NCBI GenBank assembly: GCA_964270895.1
Contig: OZ185437.1
Source: Podarcis filfolensis
Lineage: Eukaryota
Strand: one strand, 5' to 3'
Length of the DNA stretch: 64,000 nt
The notes beneath the pieces are model-generated. The model worked only from the letters and a program-made list of their open reading frames with translations, was not told the origin of the DNA and made no database searches. Numbering within the stretch: the first letter of the stretch is position 1; every line of letters starts with the position of its first letter. Shown piece after piece: positions 27,872-39,340 of this stretch. The translations under genes were made by a program, and so were the position numbers.

Positions 27872-28200
27872 TAGGAAAGGTCATATAGACTACTTCCAGT
27901 ACCCCTAAGGTTTATGACAAAACATTTAAGACAGGGATGGAGAACCACTTTTGTCCAATGGACTGGATAAAAAAGTGGCCAGCCCACATCTGTCAATCAT
28001 CGGATGTCATATGACACCAGGTGGCTCCAATTCCATGTAAAAACAGTAGGCCAGGGCTGCTAAGAAACAAGGCATCTGATTGTCCTCTGCAGGTATAACT
28101 TTAGTCATCCTGCACCTGATGTCATATGATATAAAGTGAGTGATGGTTGGGCATGGCCACCCAAAATGGCATGGCCCATGGACTGGAGGTTTCTACTGCC
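27872..28200. mobile_element. Decayed hAT-like element, related to 50740-51085
   Basis: cagggatggagaacc start. Shares the tgatgtca, gggcatggc and ccatggactggaggtt motifs with the second copy. Confidence 0.45.
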
Positions 28201-29259
28201 TACTTAATATAAGCATAATAGACTAGAACAGTACTCATGCAAACACATAAAACATTCCAAAATACTATTATCTATAGTCTTCATATTTACACAATCTGTA
28301 TTTTGCAAATATTTTGTAGTTTATGCTTATTTGTATATTGTTATTTTTCAATTATATTTTTGAGGCCCCTTTTTGAGTTGAAAAGTGGTTCTGAATTTTA
28401 CCATTAATTTACCATTAATAATATCCCATATACCCCCCCTTCTCTGAACATTAAATCAGTGGTTTGTTTCTTGTTTACTCTAATTTAAACATATGCAACC
28501 ACCTGTTTTCCTGCTTTTCCTCTTTATTCAGGATGTCTTGGGATCAGCCTCTACCAGTAAGCTTTCCCCAGGCTGGAATATAAGCCTTCTCTCCTTAAAA
28601 TTGTGTGGAGCTACCAATCTTCTGCTTTAGGTTACCAGTCTCAAAAGTCAATCGTTCTTTTGTTAAATCAGTCAAGTCCCTTTAACTTTGGCAAGGTTAA
28701 CACTATTAGCCTACTGAGCAGGAGCCTTATTATATCTATGTTTTGCATGGCAACTGCACATGTTGGCTACTAATATTCACTAACAATTGTCATTGTGCTC
28801 CATAAGTAGTACAACTGCCAGAAATATGTACAGAACTAAAATCTAGTTTTTTTAAAAAAAACCAAAAACCAAATGAAGAGTGAAAATTACTGAAAGGCAG
28901 AAGGACATAAAAGGGGCCTCTCTAATAGAGAAATGTTCATATACATGGCAGTTGTATTATCCCAATATTATCCTCAAAATAGCGGGTCAGACACATACTA
29001 AGTTGGCAGAGTATAGAGAGAAATTTCTGCCTGAGTTCTATAGTCTTTATATAAACTTTGTAAAACTGCCAGTTCAGTTCTTTCAAGACCATTAACGTCA
29101 ACAATAAAACTACACATCATACAGTTTGTTAAATGCACAATTGATGGGGACATAGAACATTTTGGAATGATTCAAAAAAGATGGGATGAACATTATGAAT
29201 TAATTGTTTTGAAAAGAGTAATTTTATTTTGTTTAACCATAAAATGCAGCTGTCCCTTA

Positions 29260-29457
<198 letters not shown>

Positions 29458-30045
29458 TTACAACATGGTTTAATTACCAAGATCATTGCTCACTTATTGA
29501 TAACGGGAAAATTAGACATTATATACATTCTTTACAGTAATGTAAAGTCAAGAGAACTACAAAATGGTTTTTCTTTCAACTGCTGTTCATTTTGAACTTC
29601 CCTTGCTTGAGAATGCTACAAATGTAGTTGTTAATGCCACAAATACTTTTCTTAAGAAAATGAACAGTATGACCTTTGCATGTCCACTATGTACAATGGG
29701 GCTTACTTTCAGGTAACACAGGATTAACAATAAAGAATTAACAACTGGAGAAACTACCGGCATTTGTAAATAGTTTTCTTTGCATAACATACATTTTAGT
29801 TACTATATAACTACAAAAGCAAGCACAAAAATTAAATAATGATTTTCATCCAGAATTTGAATGAAATTCAAATCAAGAGTCTTCAAAACTCGGATGTTGT
29901 AAATATTCCATTGTCCTTGATCCCTCATCTTGCAACCAACACCAGAGGTGACCACTGAAAGTATGGGTACCTTTGGTAAAAGTACATTCATACTACTGCT
30001 TATTCTACATCTAATGTGCTCCCACTGCTGCATTCCCATCAGCAT

Positions 30046-30217
30046 CTGATGGGAGGGCATTCCACAGCGCGGGCACCACTACCAAGAAGGCCCTCTGCCT
30101 GGTTCCCTGTAACTTGACTTCTTGAAGTGAGGGAACCGCCAGAAGGCCCTCGGCGCTGGACTTCAGCGTCCGGGCAGAACGATGGGGGTGGAGAAGCTCC
30201 TTCAGGTATACTGGGCT
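30046..30217 (-). mobile_element. L2 LINE fragment
   Basis: ORF 30011..30241 contains PVYLKELLHPHRSARTLKSSAEGLL...TRQRAFLVVVPALWNALP. Confidence 0.88.
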
Positions 30218-30660
30218 GACTTTAGCTACAATCCATACCAACCCTATGATTTCTTGACAAATATTTCTGTTTGATGTGCTTTATCCTCAAATCTGCTCCA
30301 ATCCAATTAGAAAACTGGGTGCAGAGTAAGCAGTAATATGAACATACCCTAAGTTTTGGTATGTTAATTCTGCCTGGCGTCGGATCAGTTATATTCTGAT
30401 GTAGTATTGACTGTACAGTTTTCCACACCAGAAGGGGGTGGAATGGTCTTACGTACAACTGTTGACGTGCACAATGATCCAGAACACAACCCTCATGCAA
30501 ATGGGGAGTTGCCTGTATAAAAATACTATTTTTAAATTCATTCAATTTAGTTTACATTCCACTTAATTTTTATAATTGTGTTTCTTTTAAAGAGATACTG
30601 TCACTGTATGTTCTGTCTCTTTAACATGTATACGGTACTTTTAGAGAAATTACATATATA

Positions 30661-31550
30661 CCGTATTTTTCGTCCCATAGGACGCTCCGTCCCATAGGAC
30701 GCACCTAGTTTTTTGGGGGGGAAATAAAGGGGGGGAAATTCCCTTTATTTCCCCCCCCAAACCAGGTCGGGGAACAGCGGTATGGCTGTGCTCCGCCTCC
30801 CCGCTGTCCCCCGAGCTTGTGGGGCTGGCCGATGTCTGCCCGGCGCAAGGGGCGCTCTGCTTCAGGGCGCCCCGCGCACCGGGCGGCAGGCTGCTATCCG
30901 CAGCGCGGGGAGCCTGCGGGAGTTCCCGCAGGGCTCCCCACGCTGCGGATGTCTGCCCGGCGCGAGGGGCACTCTGCTTCATGGCGCCCCGCGCGCCGGG
31001 TGGCAGGCTGCTATCCGCAGCGCGGGGAGCCTGCGGGAGTTCCTGCAGGGCTCCCCACGCTGCGGATGTCTGCCCGGCGCGAGGGGCGCTCTGCTTCAGG
31101 GCGCCCGAGCACCGGGCGGCAGGCTGCTATCCGCAGGGCTCCCCACGCTGCGGATGTCTGCCCAGCGCGAGGGGCGCTCTGCTTCATGGCGCCCCGCGCG
31201 CCGGGTGGCAGGCTGCTATCCGCAGCGCGGGGAGCCTGCGGGAGTTCCCGCAGGGCTCCCCACGCTGTGGATGTCTGCCCGGCGCGAGGGGCGCTCTGCT
31301 TCAGGGCGCCTTGCACGCCGGGCGGCAGGCTGCTATCCGCAGCGCGGGGAGCCCTGCGGGAACTCCCGCAAGGTTCCCCAGGCTTGCTGATAGCTTCCTG
31401 AAGCCTGGAGAGCGAGAGGGGTCGGTGCGCACTGACCCCTCTTGCTCTCCAAGCTTCAGCGAAAGCCTGTATTCGCCCCATAGGATGCACACAGATTTCC
31501 CCTTCATTTTTGGAGGGGAAAAAGTGCGTCCTATAGGGCAAAAAATACGG
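30661..31550. mobile_element. Non-autonomous Tc2/pogo-like DNA transposon carrying an internal 117-bp GC-rich minisatellite
   Basis: TIRs CCGTATTTTTCGTCCCATAGGACGC / GCGTCCTATAGGGCAAAAAATACGG, with TA on both sides. The CCGTATTT terminus resembles TcMar-Tc2 elements (family assignment from recall). Confidence 0.85.
30831..31380. repeat. Tandem array of about 4.7 copies of a 117-bp unit
   Basis: gatgtctgcc unit starts at 30831, 30948, 31065, 31153 (unit 3 has a 29-bp deletion) and 31270. Confidence 0.95.
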
Positions 31551-34500
31551 TATTATTTTTTCTCATATTTGTGCATATGAATCTAACTAAAACCTTCTTC
31601 CATTTTGGCTGCGTTGTGGACTAGATGAAGTTTTGAAATTTACAGTAAGAGCAGCCCTGTCTAGAAGCATTACACTAGTCAATTTGTGAAGTTACCCAAG
31701 GCATGGATGATGGTGGCTAGGTCACTAAATAATGTGGTTTTTTTTACACTAAAAACAAATAGATTTTTTTAGTGTTCTGTCTCAAGGTAGGGAAAGCAAG
31801 GATAGCCCTAAAAATATATTGTACGCATTAAAAACTACAACATGTCTAGCCACATTTCTAGTCTATTTTATTCATTGATTTAAAAATTGTTAACTCTCCT
31901 TTCAGAACACATTGCTCTCACTGTGTGGCTTACAAGACTCAGTATAATAGTAACAAATACACTTTCAAATTTCTGACAGTGTTGATGTTTTTGCATTCTT
32001 CAAAAACATACCTGTTCCACAATCCAGCTACAGCTAAGCACATTTAACTCCATTTATTTTAATGGGAAATTTAAGTAAATGCACAGCTATCTCCCACTGA
32101 AATCAATGGGGACTTGTGCTTAACCTTAGGGTGAGTTAAACACATAAAAAACTGCATTGAAGTGCATCTATTAGTACACAGGCTGATATTTGTTCCCATT
32201 ATATGCACTCCCCAAAATAAAAATTAATGTAATTTACTATAAAATTGCTTTTTTTTTAAGTCCTATTTTTTTCAAAATGATTTCACTTTGAGCTTATTCA
32301 TTATCTCTCCACTGCTGCTACGTATAGCATACAGCCACAAAAGCTCTATGGCTGATCACAACAGCTCTTTGTATTCTTGACTGCCATAGATAACCAAACC
32401 CTTTTTAAAGCTAAAAACGTGAATAGTTTAAACAAACTGTATCTTCTAAGGATATAATTACATCATTAATAAACTGTAATTTTTAAAGTTCTGTGAAGGC
32501 TTTCCTTCTCAAAAATCTACTTTTTATGAACACTGCTTGTGTACAGTTGGAATCCCAAATCCATTTCACTACTTAAGGATAACTTGCTTTTCAAATTCAG
32601 ACAACAGTTGAATAATCTGAGTTTAAATAAAATGCACACCAATTTATGTTAAAGGTAGTCTAGAATATATTTCAACTTCAAAAAGTCCCCTATTTTCTAT
32701 AAATAGCAAAATGCAGTCTAGTACTGTACATTTATTTTACACCTAAACTTTAACAACTAAAACAGGGATGCACAAATTCACTCTGCTATTAAAAACAAAA
32801 AAACTGCAGTTCAACCTCTACTGCAACGTTAACTTCACAATTAGTCATCAGTGGCAGAATTCTAAATACACAGAAAGCACAGATGGGCTAGTCAATCACA
32901 GAGCTGTGATTCCATTAATCATACTGAACACCTCCTGTCATTCTGATGCTACAAAATGGACCGCTGGCCCTTACACAAAAGAACTGGAATTCAACACACA
33001 GTGTCTTCCCTTAATAGTGCTGCCTTTTCAAAGAGACACTCACCCTAGTGCTCACAATTCCCCCTCTTCTTCAGAAATGTGAAGGTTGTTTTTTAAAAAA
33101 TGGAGGAGGATATATTTGGTGATGAACCATAACTCCTAAATTCTAGGCTAGGGCATACAGGCAACAAGAAGCGATGTTCGGGGCGGGGGGGGATAAATGT
33201 GTGCAGCTCATTGTACTGACCATACTGAAGATCCAAGTTGGAAATTGGAAGCTAATGAAATAATAAATCATGTCAGACAAAATGAAATCTATTGTTCAAA
33301 GGTCTGTCACTAGGAACCTTCATATCCTATATGACCTAATTTGCTGATTATTCAAAGAGTGATGTATACTTAATTTAGATTCATTTGAAAAATTATTATA
33401 GAATTTTAAAAATTACTTTATTTATGCTATTCTCTTATATAAAAAAACTGCCTAACATTCCTTAAGATCACAGGAAATCAGTTGCTCAGAAATTAGTACT
33501 ATCCAGTGCTAAGTAATTTAAGTCCATTAATTCTAATGGGCCTACTCTGAGTATAACCAACACTGGATATCACCCAAGAAATTTTCAGCTTCCTAAATAT
33601 ATTTATCAAGTTTTATATTTTATAACTCCAATTAACAACTGCTTTTTTAAGTGATAAAAGTTAAAATGTTTTAGATATAAGAAATTACTGAGTTGGAAAG
33701 GATCTCAAAGGTAATCTAGGTGAAGCCCCTGCTGATACAAGAAATCCATTACTACTACTACAGTGATCAATTTGTTATCACTCTCCAAGGGCTGATTTAT
33801 GACTACTGTGTGGTGAGGGGATCTAGAGTCTGAAAATGTGGAAGTACATTTTAACTTATTTTAATTGTATTGTTTATTCATTGTTTTAAACTGTACATGC
33901 TTTGTGGTAGAATTACTTCCTTTAATTGTGTACAGAGCCATATATGTTAATGGTGCTATGTAAATAAATGTGAATACAGTAATGCTAAATTAATGAAAGA
34001 GGTACTGATTGGCAACAGAACATGGAACTGGAGCCAAACCAGGGACAGTGCTCTTCCCAGCTGTTCTCAGAATATATCCTATACAGATATATTTTTGGCA
34101 GGGTTAAAATCTTCTACTGAAAATCAAAATGTGCCCTAGAGAGTCCATGGCTGGGTTGTGCAGAAGGGTCTGCAATTTAATTTAAAAGGTTAGCAATATG
34201 TAAAGTAGCATTCTTTTATCAAATTAAAATCCTGAGCTCCATTGTTGAGAAATATTGCTATCCTACTTCAAGTATGTACTCGCAGTACACCTTTAGCTAT
34301 ACAAGTTATTATTAATTTTCAGAATGTGATGAGATGTTAAGTAAATTATATTTAAATCAGTTTTTTCAAACTAAATGAAGTAATTGCGCTTTTGAGAGTA
34401 CCATTTTACAATAAAATTTCTTTGCAACCTAAGGAGTTGAAAAACTGCTACCACGTAGTCATATATAGCATCCCATTAGGTTGCAATGTGCTTGTTTTTG

Positions 34501-35394
34501 ATTCAAAACACTAATATCATGTGGCACTACTGCCATAGCAATAAGTCCCATATTTATCATTCTGACATTACAATGAATAGCACAGTCATTCAGTTGAAAT
34601 TCTGACTATTGCAATAACACAAACACTTGAATAAGTGTGGCTTCTATTCCGCAATGCAAATTCTGAATATGGAAGTAAAGACTTGCAACAAAATGCTGCA
34701 GTGTAACACCAGCCCCTAAGAGGTCTTTCCCCACAAAGACCTTGAACAGCAAAATAGTTGTCTGTTTCAGATGGCGGTCTCAGCTGGGTGAGGTTTGAGC
34801 TCAAGCAGGATGAGAGTGCTAAGCACAAATTTACAAGGAAAAGTCAAGCAAGTCCAAATTCAACTTCTAGTCAGACAATATCAAGCATGACAAAATTCAG
34901 GTTTAGATAAAAAAAGAGTCAAGCAAAGCAGAAGTCAGGTTCTAATAAGGCAAAGTCCAAGCAAATCAGTAAATGTCTTGGATAGTTCTGTGCAAGGTTT
35001 GCTGAACAGCAAACCAAGATTTAGCATTAGATGAAGCTGCAGGACTACCTCCACCTCTAATAAATGAAGTCTCGTCAGTTAAAGAGACTTCATCAAGATC
35101 ACTAGCTGTTGACTCAAACAGTGCTGGTTCTGTTGGATCTTCAGGCCTGGAATCCAAAGACTGCAAAAGGCTTCCTCAGGTTCCAGCTGTGCTGCAGGAA
35201 AAAAACATAGGGCCAGTTCTGAGGGGAAACCCCTTCTATACCTCTGAATCCCCAGCTTTGTCCACTGAAGACAAATGGAATCATAGGATCATGACAAATA
35301 AGTGCTTTGTAGAATGGTCTGACTCTTGCAGAGGATGAGGAGTAGAAAAGGAAAAAGCAACACCTTTACTGAAACCTTACCCTGCTGTTCTATA

Positions 35395-35654
35395 CAGTCA
35401 TAACTTGAGTTGAATGTGCTTCAGGTTGAGCGTGTTTGAGTTGCGCTCCGCGGCAACCCGGAAGTAACAGAGCGCGTTACTTCCGGGTTTCGTCACTCAC
35501 GCATGCACAGATGCTCAAAATGATGTCACGCGCATGCACAAAAGCATCAAATTGTGACCTGTGCACGCGCAGACGCACCGTCACGTCTTGCATTCCGTTC
35601 GGGATGCAAACGAGGCTCCGGAACGGGTCCCGTTCGCATCCCGAGGTACCACTA
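35395..35654. mobile_element. Tigger-like MITE, different interior from 21197
   Basis: Right end CCCGAGGTACCACTATA. Degenerate left end tacagtcataacttg. CpG-rich interior. Confidence 0.7.
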
Positions 35655-36138
35655 TATAGTGCTAAAGTTCTCAGGTTGGGGCTAGTTTCTAGGTCCAAAC
35701 CTGAACATTTTACTGTCAGTGGTGAGAAATCTTTGGCCCGTGCCCACCAAACCATACCCATCTGCCCCACACCTGACATCTTACGTGGCACCAGGTGTGG
35801 TGCAGGTAAAGATGTAGTTACTGACTCACAAATGCATGCATAAGAAGGGTTAACCTAAGCCCTGAGCACGTGTTGCCAGTGAGTGTCCCATAGATGGCTC
35901 CCAGCAGCTTTTACCTCTGTGTTTCCCCCTCTTCTTGCTTCCTGAAACAAGCAAGGAACCATGCAGCTTTGGCTCCCACCACAGCTGATCCTGCAAGTGA
36001 ACTGAATCTCTCCAAAAGGGAGATTTTAAAGTCTGCATCTTTGTTAGCCCAAAGACTGCATGATCCTTTTTGTAAGAAAACCAAGTTCCTCTCTTTTAAT
36101 TTCTTCTCTCTTATTTATTACATTTGCCAGTCGCTGTA

Positions 36139-36569
36139 CAGTGGTGCCCCGCAAGACGGAAAACCCGCTAGACGAAAGGGTTTTCCGTTTTGGAGGTGCT
36201 TCGCAAAACGAATTTCCTATGGGCTTGCTTCGCAAGACGAAAATGTCTTGCGAGTTCCTGTGGGGGTTTTTTCCTCCCCCCCCTTTTTCCCAAGCCGCTA
36301 AGCCGCTTAACAGCTGATCCGCTAAACCGCTTAACAGCTGATCCGCTAAGCCGCTTATCAGCTGATCCGCTAAGCCGCTTAACAGCTGATCCGCTAAGCC
36401 ACTTATCAGCTGATCCGCTAAGCCGCTTATCAGCTGATCCGCTAAGCCCGCTAAGCCGCTAATAGCGCTAATCCGCTAAGCCGCTAATGGGCTTGCTTCG
36501 CAAGACGAAAAAACCGCAAGACGAAGAGACTCGTGGAACGGATTCTTTTCGTCTTGCGAGGCACCACTG
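36139..36569. mobile_element. Tigger-like MITE with an internal 24-bp minisatellite
   Basis: TIRs CAGTGGTGCCCCGCAAGACG / CGTCTTGCGAGGCACCACTG, with TA on both sides. Six 24-bp units at 36297-36440. Confidence 0.9.
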
Positions 36570-37479
36570 TATCTTACTCAGACTTAAGCTGTTTGGAACC
36601 TTTTTCATCTTCATTTTACTGCCAGCAGATGGAGACTTGTTTGCTGTAATTTCTGGAAAGTGTGGGTAGAACATTCACCTATTTGTAAAGCTAAGAGTCT
36701 GTAATGTATTCTAGCTGAAGTATTTTCATGAGGAACGTTTGTTTAAAGATGAATGTGGCCAGATGCTAATCTAACAAAGTTTTAATGTGCGTGAAGCAAC
36801 CACCACTGTGCTAACTCTGCTATGACTGAGTGAATAATGTCTCTTCCAAACTTCTCTCACCAAAAGTTTTCAGCTCTACCCTAGCAAGGAAACTACAAGG
36901 ACCACAGTAAACAAAAAAAAGTAGACTAAATCCCAACTTTGGAGAAGGAATAATCCCCCCCCCCCCACCAATACAGTTCTACACAATACAAATCTAGCTA
37001 GCGGGAGTCAGTTTAGAATCATACATAGGCATAGCTTTTAGATAAGGCTCTGTGGAGGCTCAAATTTCAGCATTCAGTTCAGTTTAAAACCAGGTCAAAC
37101 CTAGTTAGTTTTCTTTTTTAAAAAATGAATCCTCAACAGAGCATCAATGACTAGTTACTCACTGTCCACATACCTCTTGGTCGACATCCATTGTCCACAC
37201 CTCACTTCCTAAATCCCCCACCCTTTCAAATTCCTAATCCCTGGAAGTTGAGTCAGACCACCTGATATCATTGGCTTCAGCAGCAGCTAAGGGTAGCTAG
37301 CCCAGCGACTAAGCCAGCTCCATAAACTAGAGGGAGCTCCAGCTGATACCGTGTCTTGGCCCCAGAAACAAAGGATCAAGCTAACAGAAAAGTTAAGCAG
37401 CTGAGTAAGGCAACAGGGTGAGGCGGCCTCTGCCCCTCCACTGTTTGATCTAAGAAATGCCAAGCTCTCAAATAAAGTA

Positions 37480-37670
37480 ACACAATAAATTACAAAAACT
37501 GATATGAAGGTAGAAAATCACCAGAAGGGTGAGGAATTTCCAATGTATTGCACAGTTTGTCACATGTATAAACTATTTACCTGCTGGATAGAAGTCATGG
37601 GTGTGTCCTCATTCCACTGAGCTTCTAGCTCTTAGGAACAGGTTTGTTGCCTTGAGGCCAAGGTGGGCAT
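37480..37670 (+). mobile_element. CR1 ORF1 fragment (zinc finger / leucine zipper region)
   Basis: Broken frame reads FPMYCTVCHMY..LPAG.KSWVCPH..ELLALR...LEAKV, which resembles squamate CR1 ORF1 as I recall it. Confidence 0.55.
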
Positions 37671-38279
37671 ATAGCTTTTTCATTGACCCAGAAGCAATAG
37701 CACCAGTTCTTAAACTCTTCCTCCTTCAAAGTAGCCAATTGGAACCAGATTTACAAGACAGTATAGTTATTTGGAATCTAATAGGATTGCTGGTCCATTA
37801 CTGATACGGTTTATTCCCTCCCCCCTTCCCAGCTGTTAATTATGTCTGCTGCTACTGCTTAGGAATGTTTCTGGAACCAGCCCTGCTGCCAGAGGCAATT
37901 TTAGGCTAGTGTAACTGGTTCGGCTGCACTGGACACTGGTGCCACAGGGGACGTGTCAACAGTGATGTAGAACGGAGCAAGAGAGGTAGGTGGGGGTGAT
38001 GCTGAATTTTAGCATTCCAGAAGGAGCTGCTGAAATTTGACAGCCCAACATCCGCCACTGCAGCTGTTACTAGGAACAAATCTAGTACCACTGAATTACA
38101 TAGTATATATGACAATGTTAAGAAGCACTATAGGTAGGTTTTGATTTTCACACCAATATTTTGTACGTATATTTGCAACCTCAAAAAACTGAGAACTTTA
38201 GTATGCTCCACATATATGAAAAATTAAGATGCTTCAGCTTCTCAAGATTGGGGAGTGGGGGAAGAAATTGAGATGTTCT

Positions 38280-39340
38280 TGTTTGGATTTCTGCAATGCA
38301 CTCTACGTACAGCTACCTTTGAAGGTTACTCAGAAACTACAATTAATCCAGAATGTGGCTGCTAGACTGGTGACTGAGAGCGGCTGCCAGGAGCACACAC
38401 CACCAGTCCTAAAATATATATATACATTGGCTGAAGTACATTTCTGAGCACAATTCAAAGTGCTGGTGTTGACCTTTAAAGCCGTAAACAGTTTGGCCCT
38501 ATATACCTGAGGACAGTGTCAGAAACTCAGGTATATAACCTAGACACCAAATGGCTCCTTAAAAGGAGTTACAGTTGTCAAAACAGAATGTCTAGTTGCC
38601 ATTTTGGGGCAAGATGGCTCTAAAGTCTTATTTTTCATATGACAGACTGATTATGATTGATTCTCAGTTAAATATCTGGTTAGTTCAGATGACAACCTTG
38701 AGCTAGGTTAAGAGCTTTCAGACCTTAAAGAAAAAATCCATGGAGAGTCCACATATATATTGGCATATTCTGACCTCTTTTTCTTAATGGTGACTGCTTC
38801 TGCTTAGGCTGCACAGAAAAAGCATTTTGGTTCCAGAAATTCATTCTAATTATGCAGATAAAATATAACTGATAGAATTCTACAAGATGGGGTATTAGCG
38901 TGTAAATACGGTCCATATCAAATGATCCGTAGGCATGCACCTCCAGATGGTGGAGATGTCAGGCGCCATCCTGGCACCCAGGCATCTTCACTTGGTTGTA
39001 AGTAGTCAAAAGCCAGGTGCAAACACATCTAAAGGAGTGCCTCCACCACCATCATTCAGTCCTGACACTGAGGCCCAGCGCTGAGGAACTTCTGGCAGTT
39101 CCTTCACTGTGAGAAGTTAAAAGAACCAGGCAGTGGGCCTTCTTGGTAGTTGCACCTGTCCTGTGAAACGCCCTCCCATCAGATGTCAAAAATTCAAACA
39201 ATTATATGACTTTTCATAGACATCTGAAAGCAGCCCTGTTTTGGGAAGCTTTTAATAATTGTTGTGTCCCTTTATATTTTGTTGGAAGCTGCCCAGAATG
39301 CAACCTAGTCAGATGGGTGGGGCTAAATAAATAAATAATG
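38280..39340 (+). mobile_element. L2 LINE 3' fragment interrupted by an insertion of about 515 bp (38514-39028)
   Basis: The left part encodes YVQLPLKVTQKLQLIQNVAARLVT. The sequence resumes at aaaggagtgcctccaccaccatc, colinear with the L2 copy at 30046. Confidence 0.8.

Noticed and set aside
30650-31580. Six overlapping GC-rich ORFs of up to 253 aa on both strands
   Set aside because: They arise from a stop-poor 117-bp (39-codon) tandem repeat inside a MITE. The translations are repetitive and match no protein family I recognise.
36297-36440. Regularly spaced repeats as a CRISPR-like array
   Set aside because: These are head-to-tail tandem units with no unique spacers, in a vertebrate intron with no cas genes.
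36044-36669. ORFs with repeated LSRLTADP peptides
   Set aside because: Translation of the 24-bp minisatellite inside the MITE.
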